From Octopus sinensis (taxonomy: Eukaryota), in the NCBI RefSeq assembly GCF_006345805.1, contig NC_042997.1:158844001-158908000 (forward strand): DNA of 64,000 nucleotides, read 5' to 3'. Position numbers and translations under genes: made by a program. A model generated the notes under the pieces. The model was not told the DNA's origin. It made no database searches and saw only the letters and a program-made list of their open reading frames with translations. Positions within the stretch are counted from its first letter, which is position 1. Every line of letters begins with the position of its first letter. Shown here piece by piece: positions 13,816 to 26,039 of this stretch.

Positions 13816-14394
13816 TGTGTGTGCGTGCGTGCGTGTGTGTGTGGGCGCGCATGTGCCTATTTGTGTGATTTTAAACTGCATCTGGTGACGGGATCCTGGT
13901 CTGAGAGTTTCAGGGTCTGGAGAAGTGTTGTACCATCTCTTAACCATTATTGTTTTTAGATCTATTCTGACCCAGAGATATGGATTAATCAGTATATTAG
14001 GGCTTGCCTTCCGATGCATCTACAGCCGTTTGTCGCGCGCGCGATTATATTTGTGTGTGTGTATACATATACAGATAGAATACTTTTATGTGTGTGTGTG
14101 TGTGTGTGTCAACGCAGGAAAAAGCGGATACAGCAACGCATTGTGGGGTGCAGAGAGCAAAATGAAGAAGTAAGATACCTTAGTTATCCACTGCATCCGT
14201 CTCCATCTCCTGTTGTCTTGACCTCGTTTTTACTCTTGATTGAAGATGGTCACGGACGAGATAGTAAGGTTCACGGTTCATCACTTTAAACAAAGTCACT
14301 ACGCAAGTCATCAGTGAACCTTAAGGATGAATAGATAATCCTTGGCACTCCAATTGACGAACATGTTGTATGTATTACTGGACGGATATTAAGG

Positions 14395-14610
14395 CTTTCG
14401 GTTCGATTCCCGGACCACGTAATGTTGTTTCCTTGAACATGGCAGTTTATTTCACACTGAGTCTCTTTGCTCAGCCGAAAATAAGAACCACTCCAGTGCT
14501 GGTGCAGAAGTCCTTTCCTCGATGTTTCACTAGTTTAAGGGTAGCAGGGCAGATAATGTATCTGCTCACAACTAAATACGACCCACTCCATAATCGCTTG
14601 CGTCTAATGG
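14395..14610 (+). mobile_element. Degenerate tRNA-derived SINE (related to 50087-50335)
   Basis: B-box GGTTCGATTCC and body similar to the copy at 50087. Confidence 0.5.
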
Positions 14611-14871
14611 CTAAGATTTTACGTATTCTTTCATGGTTAAGAATTTTTTTCCTGATCACGATTTCGGGTTCATGTTTTACTATAACTTCCAGGTGATCAG
14701 TGAATTGTGAATGAAATCTGCGGTCTTCAAACACCAGATTAATATGTGTACAAGCCCTAAAACCGGGTTCAGTGTTTTTGAAGGAAGAGTATGGTTGTGG
14801 ACGTCATATTTCTGATCTCGGATGAAATATTTTACAAGTTGTTTGCGACCCGTTATATATTCATTCTTATA

Positions 14872-14973
<102 letters not shown>

Positions 14974-15031
14974 CGCGTAGGGTTTGTGTGTATACATATA
15001 CAGATAGAATACTTTTATTTGTGTGTATATT

Positions 15032-15413
15032 TTATGTTTTACTTCTTTCATTTATTAGACTGCAGTCATGCTGGTGTACCGTCTTCAAGACATCTTAGTC
15101 TAATCAATCTACTCTATTACTTATTTTTTAAAACCTGGTACTTATTCTATCAGTCTGTTTTTCTGAGCTACTAAATTTCAGGGGCGTAAACATACCGTCA
15201 CCAATTGCCAAGCGGTGGTGAGGACAAACACAGACACACACGCGCGCACGTATATATATACATATATGCGACGGGCTTCTTTTAGTTTCTCATCGACTAA
15301 ATCCACTCACAAGGCTTTGGTTGGCCCGAGACCGTAGTAGAAGGCATTTACCCAAAGTGCTACGAAGTGGATTTGAACGCGGAGCTTCTTACCACACAGC
15401 TACGTCTGCGCCT
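15032..15413 (-). mobile_element. SINE family A copy with ~20-nt deletion in the tRNA head
   Basis: Reverse complement is colinear with family A; the head reads GTGGTAAGAAGCT|CCGCGTTCAAATCC, lacking the anticodon-region segment. Confidence 0.8.
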
Positions 15414-15431
15414 TAAATTATCAGCCATAGG

Positions 15432-15504
15432 TGCCAAAACACGCGATTGTACCGGGAGCCTTTAGATCTTTAGTCTAACGCTCTCCTAACTGAGCTATCT
15501 CGGC
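15432..15504 (-). pseudogene. tRNA-Phe pseudogene, anticodon AAA
   Basis: GCCGAGATAGCTCAGTTAGGAGAGCGTTAGACTAAAGATCTAAAGGCTCCCGGTACAATCGCGTGTTTTGGCA (73 nt). Acceptor, D and anticodon stems pair; the T-arm is damaged (TTC to TAC, two stem mismatches); anticodon GAA to AAA; no oligo-T terminator directly downstream. Confidence 0.85.
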
Positions 15505-16249
15505 TGTATGTAAGTATGATATAATCAGTAATATACTGTGATGCTGTACACTTTACCAGATATTTTTGAATCACTCTCCAGATTAAAATTCTACTATTCT
15601 CGTATTGCATTAAAACCAATCTTATACAAATAGTGATAAGTTAATTGCTATTAGGAATTGCCACAAAAGCCAATTACAGATATTTTGAATTCATTTAATA
15701 AGTACATTTCAAGTGATTAACAATTTGATCTGTCACAACCATTTTCATCCCTACATATGGGGACAAATTTTATTCCATGAATGCATTTCATCAGTCAATT
15801 ATAATTGACTGATGAGATTTGTAACTACATAGCAACTAACAATTTAAAATAATTTCATGTACATATGTACATATGAAAGAGAAATTCTAACATAAGAGCG
15901 AAATCCTAGATACCCTAAATTTATTTCCTGTTAAAAGAGAATAGTAATCAAATTCAACGTGATGCTTTGCTACCAACTCCAATTAAGAAAGGCAGGTAAT
16001 GTCAAAAATCAAGATTCTTAAAATATGACGTGTCATTAAAGAACAGCCAGTTTGATTGTCTGGAGAAACAAAGACAACTGTGGAGATGTGTTTCGGTCAA
16101 AATAGACATAATCAACATATCAATTCAACCTTAATTCCAGCTGACGTGAGACATCGTCACATTCAAATATAGTAGATATCTTTTATGTCGTAAATAACTC
16201 AGGCGGACAAAGGGTCTCGTATGCGCATTATAAAGACGCACGAACGTAT

Positions 16250-16440
16250 ATTATTTTCTACTCTAGGCACAAGGTCCGACATTTTTAGGGATGGGGCCAT
16301 TCGATTAGATCGAGATCAGTAGAGTACTTAATTTATCGACCCTGAAATGATGAGAGGCAAAGTCGACCTCAGCGGAAGACGAAATACTACCGCTAACAAT
16401 TCCGCCCGGCGTGCCAAAGTTTCTGCCAGCTCACCGCCTT
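16250..16440 (-). mobile_element. SINE family M (Meta-domain-like central motif)
   Basis: Reverse complement has AAGGCGGTGAGCTGGCAGAA head and GCCTCTCATCATTTCAGGGTCGATAAATTAAGTAC; colinear with 50667-50897. Confidence 0.75.
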
Positions 16441-16840
16441 GCACAAAAGTATATGAAGTAGAGTACAAGAGAAATTATTTATTGAAAACATCTTGTGTTC
16501 GATAAAAATTTAAAAATTTTGCCTTATAGCAAAACAACCAGCTTCAAATAAGGAGAAATAATTTTAAATAATCAAGTATTCTCTGAAATTAAGATGTCAT
16601 TATGGGAACGTCAGTCGTATCACCTGAAGGTATGTATAAATATATATATATGTATATATATATATGCATACATACATCAAAAGTTGTCAGTTTACTTTGT
16701 GTTTGCCTTTGGCTATTCACGACTGTCATTCGTGAGAAGCCAAGGGCGAAACAGAAACTATGTTTGTATTTATGTGTGCGTATATGCTTGTGTACGTACA
16801 TATATATGCATATATTTAATTATATATATACAATACACAA

Positions 16841-16895
<55 letters not shown>

Positions 16896-18811
16896 AGCGT
16901 GTATGAATGTATTCAATAATGTATGCATGTACATATATATATATATATAATATATATATATATATATACACACACACATACATATTACCATAGTGCAAGT
17001 GTCCTCTGGTATGTCAGCCGTCTGATGCCATTTACCTATGATGCCTTAGACACGCCATTGTACTTTTACATAGCGCTGTTGGATATTTCCACATCCACAC
17101 ATAACATTGCACTCGTAGATAAACACATTTCAACTCATCTCTGTAACTGCCCGAAAGTTGGTCATGCTTATTTTCTTAAGTACATTCTCACGTTGCTAAA
17201 AAACACTTTCCTCCGTCTGCGCTTTTTCTTTGTTATATTCGTCATTCCTTGTTATATTCGTCATTCAATTTTTTAGTTCATTCATATTTTTTAACAAAAG
17301 GTATTTCCTTTAAAAATAACTCCATCTTTAACTTCCCTTCACGCACAGTTGCGTTGACTTTGTATCATTGCTATTTTTTTTGTATGTTTCTTTTTGAATT
17401 AGAACATGCAAAAACGTATTAAATAGTTTATATAACACAGATGTGTGTGCGTGTGAAATGAAAAAGATTTAGGTGAATGTGTTAAATTTCAGGTAAACTA
17501 TTCGTGTAGTCATGATTTGGAATACTCCTGCCCAATGAAAGCCTGCTGATATAAAACTTTTAGGAATGAAATTTAGTAGATTGTTACTAGAACTGTTGTT
17601 ATTGTTATAGTCTTGCTGTTAATGTTAAGGTTTAGGTTGACCCATATTGTACAGACTCCTTATGATTCAAATCATTCCAGTATCTTTTAATGTATAACTA
17701 CATATAGATGTGTAAGACCGACGCGTCCATTTTTTTTACAAATGCATAAACATATATATGAATATTCATTTTATACATCCATTCAAGAATGTATGTGAGG
17801 GTGTTAATTTAGCTGTTATGTTTAACAAATCGAATGTGCTCATTATGCCCCCCGCTCATTGAGGTCTCTCGCCCATTCAACGTAATATATGGATATTACA
17901 GAAACAGATGGAATATCAAAATAGGTACAGCACAGCTGTGAGAGAAGGTGTTTATCTTAACTATTTTACATGCCTTCTGTATTCAACCTACCCAAATATT
18001 TTACATTAATGTCTGTTATTTTGATGTCAAATCTATACACAGTAGACACAGTAGAATGCAAAAATAAACCTTCACAGTTATTAATTTATTTCGTTCTAAT
18101 ACGTATAAAAACATGGCAGCATAAATGCAAAGGCACAAATTTGATCATATAATGTTCACACTTTATAAAGATATATTAGGAAAATATAGGAAATATATAT
18201 GAATCGAAACCGGATGTGATTCGTCAAAATCGGAAATAAATTCTAAAGCACGTCATCAAAATCTCAGCTTTTCAGAGGGAGATAAAAAAATAAAATAACG
18301 AAACATTTATTCTCGAAAGTTACCCCCAAATTAAACCTAGATTTTGTGACTGAGAATTCAGATGTTATTTATGACTCTAACAAATGTTATTTCTTCATGA
18401 TAAACTGTAATTTAACAAACAAATAAATTAACTATCTAACATGGCGTGTGAATAGTAATATAATACACTAAGAATATCTGAGGAAAATCCACAAGAGATG
18501 TTATTTTCTACTAAATCGTGTGAGAATATAAGAAAAAAATATGAATGGATAATACAAAAAAGAAAACGAAAAAGAACTATTGAAAACAAAGAAAAGAAAC
18601 AAAAAGAGATTTCAGAAAACGTAGATATTTTAGGAGAAATTTAAAGTCGATTATTTGGATGCGAATGTTTCAATCTTGCTGAATATTCGACTCTTTATTT
18701 GTATTTACTTTATATTATTTGTCAGGATTCTATAATGTCGTGGGTAGCACTTATGTCGTTAAGACAGTGTGTGTTTGTTTAGGTGTGTGTATGTCTAAAT
18801 GTGTATATATC

Positions 18812-18845
<34 letters not shown>

Positions 18846-18853
18846 AAAGAGAA

Positions 18854-18988
<135 letters not shown>

Positions 18989-19608
18989 TTCATACATAAG
19001 TATTATATAAATATATTTGCGAATGTGCGTGTGTCTATGGATGTTTTCGTATTGGATTGTGCTACTCTATCCATGCATATTTGCATTAATATCTCATACA
19101 ATGTATGTCTATATTGAAGCGTTTTTCTTCGCTCGTGACTGAGAAATAGCATAAGATATAATTTTTTCGGGAAGCGAAAGATAATAGTTATGCATCAAAG
19201 TGTATGCTGAGTTTCAGTATTATACTATCAGAAATGTACACGTACAAGTGAGAGTTGTACCAAATATAGATAAACAACATAACCTTGTTGCAATTGAAAA
19301 AAAAAAACACAACATAGTACCCTCTTGCGTGTGCGCGTGTGTGTGTAATACATGCCACAGAATATGCAGATGTCTAATGTAATGTGCATACGTTGTGACA
19401 AACTTACGTCAATGAGAAAATGGTAGTGATGAAATCACCAATGCGGCCGAAAGAATTTTGATAAACTAATTCATCATGTAATTGATCAAACGTTAATTAG
19501 GGAATGAATTACATAATTGAAAATAATTAATTAACAAATAACTCATAATGATAGCAAAGTTTTCTTTGATAGAACTATTGTAAGTGTATATTCATATACA
19601 TATATATA

Positions 19609-19663
<55 letters not shown>

Positions 19664-19771
19664 TAAAGGGTAAGTCTTTGTGTATCTGAGTGATTTATAT
19701 ATATACATGTGTGTGTGTGTATTTTTGATAATGTATATCGACAAAAGATATATATATACACATATATATAT

Positions 19772-19999
19772 GCGGGAGCAACCGTTTTATCGAAAGCGTA
19801 ATTTGTTGCTACATACTCGAGATACGAGACTAGGAAAAACAGCCAACAACTGATGAAGGGTCGTTCTTTATGTTGTTTGTTTTGGTTTCCATTTGTGTCT
19901 TTCGTTGTTCAAAAGAATAGTTCCTGTTCCAGGTACTTGTACTTCGTACTTTTTTGTTGTACACGTTTCATAACGTCCTGTGCCCACATATGCATATAT

Positions 20000-20037
<38 letters not shown>

Positions 20038-20110
20038 CCAGATGTAAGTATGTAAATATACGTATGTATGTATGTATATATATATATATTATATATATAT
20101 ATATAATATA
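19772..20110 (+). mobile_element. Unclassified dispersed repeat (family C, copy 1), probably PLE-related
   Basis: Clearly similar to 20655-21010 (GCGGGAGCAAC...CAGCCAACAACTGATGAAGGGTCG...); ends in TA arrays. Confidence 0.6.
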
Positions 20111-20214
20111 TATATATAATATATATTATATATATATATATATAATATATATTATATATATATATATATACATGATTTATATGATTGAACGCCACGAATC
20201 CTCTTCCAAGTAAG

Positions 20215-20262
<48 letters not shown>

Positions 20263-20654
20263 GATTTATATGATTGAACGCCACGCATCCTCTTCCAAGT
20301 AAGTTTTATCTTAATAATTCTGATGCACACGCTATACGATCTTTTTACTCTTTCGTTTTTCTCCTTTTCTCTCTCATATTATTTTACCTCCACTTTTCCC
20401 AATATTCTATCGTATTACTCTGTCATTCTCGCTTCCTCACTCCTCCTTCCTTGCTTACGTGGCTTCCACGTGACCATCAGCCATCTTTCTGGAACAAGGA
20501 AGACGTGTTCTAGCTTGTCTCCTGTCCTAGCTTGATTTACGCCTTCGCCACCACAACCACGTTTGGCTTAGCAGCCCCTCATGTTCGTTTTCACTGTCCG
20601 ATTAGTGTTACCTATTTTGACCGTCCGCAAAATACCAAATATTATTTAATTGCT

Positions 20655-20879
20655 TTGCGGGAGCAACTGTTTTGTCGAAACGGTATACTGTTGTTAAATG
20701 CTCGAAATACGAGAATAGAAAAGCAGCCAACAACTGATGAAGGGTCGTTTTTTATGTTGTTTGTTTTGTTTTCCATTTGTGTCTTTCGTTATTCGAAAGA
20801 AAAGGTCTTGTTCCATGTATTCGTGCCTCGTACTCTTTTGTTGTACACGTTTCGTCACGTCCTATGCCTACATATACAT

Positions 20880-20933
<54 letters not shown>

Positions 20934-21010
20934 GTATAGATGTAAGGTTGTACATATACGTATGTATATATGGATATGCATATATTATTTATATTATATA
21001 TATATGTGTG
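20655..21010 (+). mobile_element. Family C, copy 2
   Basis: See 19772-20110. Confidence 0.6.
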
Positions 21011-21934
21011 TGTGTGCGTGTATATATATTGCAATACGTGTGCCACTCTCTTTCTCTCTCTCTCTCCCCCTCTATCTATCTATCCATTTTTATATATATA
21101 TATCGGTAAGACAATCAATATACCGATGCTTTGGAGTAATAATAGATGGTGGAATTCTTTCAACCATCGGAAATCAGTGATGGGGCCAGTTAATCAATAA
21201 ACTAAATTGTTGTTCATCATAAGCTGTGAATTTTGAGTAATCTCATTTGCTAAACTGAATATATTATATTTCACAATATTTTGTTGGGGGTATGGAAATG
21301 TGAGGTGCAGAACTTGCTGTTGCGTCAACAAAGTACGAAAATAAAAAATAATTCCCTGTCATGACGCAAACAATCTGGCGGTCTCCAAAATCGTTCACAT
21401 TAAATATTTTTTCTGTGGCAGCATGACTTTGATTATTATATGTTTTCGCTGCAATTACAGCCGCATCGACTGTGCACAAGCATGTTTGATGATACAGCCA
21501 TACCCAATTATATTATTGATTTCTTTCAAGTTCAAAGAGCCTCTTAGGCTTATAGAAATAAACGAGATTTTGCGCTTTTCTTAAATATCTTTTTAATATT
21601 TGCAAATGCGAAAATTCTTCGATCGTGTATAAACATGGTATTTTAAGACTAGCCAACGAGGAAGAATTAGGATAGCAACAAATCTCATTTAGCTCACTCC
21701 CTACTATTTTAATTAAATGAAATGAAATATTAACTAATGAAGTCCTAAATATCATGAAAAGACAGCCGACACAGCAGGAATGACTTTTCAAGTTCGATTC
21801 TAGATACAACACTTGCGCTATTTGGTCAGAAGAGAAGTCTAATTGCAATAATACCATCTTTTTATGTAATGCAGTTTCAATTTAGTAAATTTGTAATTTT
21901 CTTTCATAGGACACAGACACATACAGACAGACAG

Positions 21935-21992
<58 letters not shown>

Positions 21993-23015
21993 GTATAGAT
22001 GTAAGGTTGTACATATACGTATGTATATATGGATATGCATATATTATTTATATTATATATATATGTGTGTGTGTGCGTGTATATATATTGCAATACGTGT
22101 GCCACTCTCTTTCTCTCTCTCTCTCCCCCTCTATCTATCTATCCATTTTTATATATATATATATCGGTAAGACAATCAATATACCGATGCTTTGGAGTAA
22201 TAATAGATGGTGGAATTCTTTCAACCATCGGAAATCAGTGATGGGGCCAGTTAATCAATAAACTAAATTGTTGTTCATCATAAGCTGTGAATTTTGAGTA
22301 ATCTCATTTGCTAAACTGAATATATTATATTTCACAATATTTTGTTGGGGGTATGGAAATGTGAGGTGCAGAACTTGCTGTTGCGTCAACAAAGTACGAA
22401 AATAAAAAATAATTCCCTGTCATGACGCAAACAATCTGGCGGTCTCCAAAATCGTTCACATTAAATATTTTTTCTGTGGCAGCATGACTTTGATTATTAT
22501 ATGTTTTCGCTGCAATTACAGCCGCATCGACTGTGCACAAGCATGTTTGATGATACAGCCATACCCAATTATATTATTGATTTCTTTCAAGTTCAAAGAG
22601 CCTCTTAGGCTTATAGAAATAAACGAGATTTTGCGCTTTTCTTAAATATCTTTTTAATATTTGCAAATGCGAAAATTCTTCGATCGTGTATAAACATGGT
22701 ATTTTAAGACTAGCCAACGAGGAAGAATTAGGATAGCAACAAATCTCATTTAGCTCACTCCCTACTATTTTAATTAAATGAAATGAAATATTAACTAATG
22801 AAGTCCTAAATATCATGAAAAGACAGCCGACACAGCAGGAATGACTTTTCAAGTTCGATTCTAGATACAACACTTGCGCTATTTGGTCAGAAGAGAAGTC
22901 TAATTGCAATAATACCATCTTTTTATGTAATGCAGTTTCAATTTAGTAAATTTGTAATTTTCTTTCATAGGACACAGACACATACAGACAGACAGACACA
23001 CACACACACACACAC
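20880..23015. repeat. Near-identical tandem duplication, unit ~1061 bp
   Basis: Identical ORFs at 21264/22325 and 21513/22574 (offset 1061); all junctions fall in (CA)n tracts. Confidence 0.95.
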
Positions 23016-23036
23016 ATATTTCATTTTCCCTCTAAG

Positions 23037-23148
23037 ACCACTCACAAGGCTTTAGTCGGACTGAGACTATAGCAGAAGACACTTGCCCAAGAGACTGAAC
23101 CTTAGACCATGTGGCTGGGAAGCAAGCTTGTTACCACGCCTGCACCTA
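23037..23148 (-). mobile_element. SINE family A 5' fragment
   Basis: Matches the head/body of family A on the minus strand. Confidence 0.7.
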
Positions 23149-23180
23149 TATATATCTATCTATCTATATATATATATATA

Positions 23181-23477
23181 TCGTGGAACTCCGTCAGTTA
23201 CTACGACGAGGGTTCCAGTTGATTCGATCAGCGGAACAGCCTGCTCGTGAAATTAACGGGTCAGTGGCTGAGCACTCCACATATATAAATATCCTTAACA
23301 TAGTTCTCGAGGAGTTTCAGCGTGAAAGAGTACAGCAGGGTTCACCACTCACCCCCGCTGCCCCTCGTGGAGCTTTAGATGCTTTAGCTCAATAAACACT
23401 CACAACGCCCGATCTGGGAATCTAAACCGCGATCCTACAACCGCGAGTCCGCTGCCCTAACCATTGAGCCTTTTGCG

Positions 23478-23480
<3 letters not shown>
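23181..23480 (-). mobile_element. Mosaic SINE: head shared with 24778 copy, tail shared with 57650-57800
   Basis: Head GGTTAGGGCAGCGGACTCGCGG...AAGCTCCACG matches 24790-24890; tail CACGCTGAA..GAGAACTA..GTGGAGTGCTCAGCCAC..GACGGAGT matches 57658-57797. Confidence 0.8.
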
Positions 23481-23552
<72 letters not shown>

Positions 23553-23695
23553 AGGAGAATAATTGCATTCTAGGTTTTTAAGTGGACAAAAACATACAGA
23601 CAGGTTTTCACAGAATAGATGTCTTCGTATCATAGTTCGAGTAAAATTATATTGATATACGTTTTCGTTTGATATATCATTTATATAACCATTTA

Positions 23696-23821
23696 GCCGC
23701 ACATAGTTCCGGGTTCAGTCCCACTGTGTGGCACCTTGAGCAAGTGTATTCTACTATAGCCACGGGCCGACAAAAATCTTGTGAGTGGATTTGATAGACA
23801 GAAACTGAAAGAAGACCGTCG

Positions 23822-23861
<40 letters not shown>

Positions 23862-24090
23862 CGTGTGCGTGTATGTATGTATGTGTGTATGTGATTGTGT
23901 GTTTGTCCCCACCAACATCGCTTGACGACCGATGCTGGTGTGTTTACGTCCCCGTAACCTAGCGGCTCAGCAAAAGGCACCGATAGAATAAGTGCTAGGC
24001 TTACATAGAATACGTCATGGGGTCAGTTTGCTCGACTAAAGGCGGTGCTCCAGCATGGCCGCTGTCAAATGACTGAAACAAGTAAAATAA
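23696..24090 (+). mobile_element. SINE family A
   Basis: Colinear with 31944-32342; 5'-truncated. Confidence 0.9.
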
Positions 24091-24704
24091 TAGAAGAATA
24101 TATAACAAATCTTTTGGGAAGAATAGAAGGAAACAAGAAAAGATTGAAAAAAATCACATATTGCTTCGAGTCTTTTGTATAGGTAAAGCTTTTAGCATAT
24201 ATATATTTTAGTTTTGCGTCTAAAGTTGGAATTTGCAGCAAAGGATAAATATCTGACCTAGATCTGGTTTTAACTGACCTAGATCTGGTTTTGTTGATTT
24301 CACCTACGATCTTTCAAGTAATTTTTTCATACTTTTTCCATGCAGGATTTAACAATTATACAGACATGTTTCTTATGACCTTCCCAAAATAAAGGACGAA
24401 ATTTTTGTTTGTGGTTTTTCGTCGTTTATGATCTAAAGTAATAGATATTTACCTTTAAAAGAAGGGTGTTGTATATTCCACGAGAGTGTCACTCCAAAAT
24501 TTTTTGGTTGCGTTATTGTAGTTGATATTTGTGCTGGTGTCGTTGCTTTTGTTACTGTCGGTCAAATCTAGTACAATGATGAAGTTGACCTCTCAACAGT
24601 TTGTAATTCTGTTTTGGTCCAAATACGTATTCAGAGAGATATACTCACATATGTACACTAACATACGCATGCACGCACGCACGCACGCACGCAAACACAC
24701 ACAT

Positions 24705-24753
<49 letters not shown>

Positions 24754-24777
24754 AACACGCACACACGTATATGTATG

Positions 24778-25082
24778 TGGAGGCCCATGGCCTAGTAGCT
24801 AGAGCAGCGGACTCGCGATCGAGGGATCGCTGGTTCCAATCTCAGACCGGGCGATGTGTGTGTTTTTGGGCGAAACAACTAAGCTCCACGCGGCTCCAGC
24901 AGAAGCTAATGGCGAACTCCTGTTGATTCTTTCGCCACAACTTTCTCTCACTCTTTCCTCTTGCATCGAACAGTTCACCTGCGGCTGACCGGCGTCCGGT
25001 CCAGGTGGGGAACCTATTCACCAATGGAACCAGGAAACCGGCGCTTATGAGCCAGGCATGGCTCAAGAAAAAACAAGCAACA
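24778..25082 (+). mobile_element. tRNA-derived SINE family V (V-domain-like body)
   Basis: tRNA-like head, then CCTGCGGCTGACCGGCGTCCGGTCCAGG...GGAAACCGGCGCTTATGAGCC, resembling the V-SINE domain from memory; CAA-type tail. Confidence 0.7.
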
Positions 25083-25195
<113 letters not shown>

Positions 25196-25739
25196 ATATG
25201 AATAATTACATTCCATACATATATACACACATATATGCGTACATATTTATGCATATATACATATACGCCCTCACCGTCCGCCCACATATATCGTTAATAT
25301 TATGTTAAACTGTCGTATTTCCAAATTTGGCCAAATGCGTTTTTTTGCAATATTTAATTTGGCTTGCAATAGCCGGTTCTTTTGGTCAAACTATCGTATC
25401 TCCAGCTGCTTTAAATGAAAATTGTCAAAATGTAGTACAACGGTTTAGAATTTTTTCAAAAGTGTAGGAAGTCCCGCGTGCGACAGTTTTGCAAAAATAT
25501 TCTGACTGAAAATATCATACGTGCATGGAGTTACCATTTAATGCACCCGACAAAGTATTAGTATTAAGTTTACACTTGCTAATGTAAAAAGGAATGGAAT
25601 GGTGAAACTATTTTTACGTTTTCTGAAAAAGCAACGTTTTGGACTTACGACACTTTTGCATAATAGCAACGATATATATATACACACATACAGAATAAAT
25701 GCCTATATATATATATATATATATATATACATTCAAAAT

Positions 25740-25945
25740 GTGACCGCGTGTGTACCGTTGGCGATTTTTTTCGTCTGTCTTCCCTTCTCTGGATCTTTCC
25801 TTCTCCTATGTTTCCGACGAAGAGCTCCGCTTGAAACGTTAAGCCCTCGTTCTTTCCTTCTTTACTGAGCGTCCAATAATACTATATTTGTTCCACGTCC
25901 TCGCGTTGTTGTGTTTTTTTGTGCTTTCTTGTTTGGATTAACTTT
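25740..25945 (+). mobile_element. Hammerhead-bearing short element (family B, copy 2)
   Basis: Colinear with the 7435 and 62181 copies; TA arrays on both sides. Confidence 0.85.
25810..25844 (+). ncRNA. Hammerhead motif with U4C substitution
   Basis: GTTT-CCGACGA-A-GAGC-TCC-GCTT-GAAA-CG-TT-AAGC; stems I and II pair with G:U wobbles. Confidence 0.65.
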
Positions 25946-26039
25946 ATATATATATATATATATATATAATACAGTTATATACATACACTCTCACACAAAC
26001 ATATATATATATACACATATACACATACATTCTTTCAGT

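Noticed and set aside
16080-16120. Minus-strand TTGATTA-TGTC..GACC-GAAACACATC hammerhead-like string
   Set aside because: Two core changes, an imperfect stem II and no convincing stem I.
19788-19862. GAAA...stem...CTGATGA permuted (type II-like) hammerhead in family C, also at 20677-20745
   Set aside because: A stem I-like pairing exists, but the UH register is off by two nucleotides and stem II does not close in either copy.
24253-24292. 19-bp tandem duplication CTGACCTAGATCTGGTTTT; similar small ones at ~13112 and ~57217
   Set aside because: Ordinary slippage-scale duplications.
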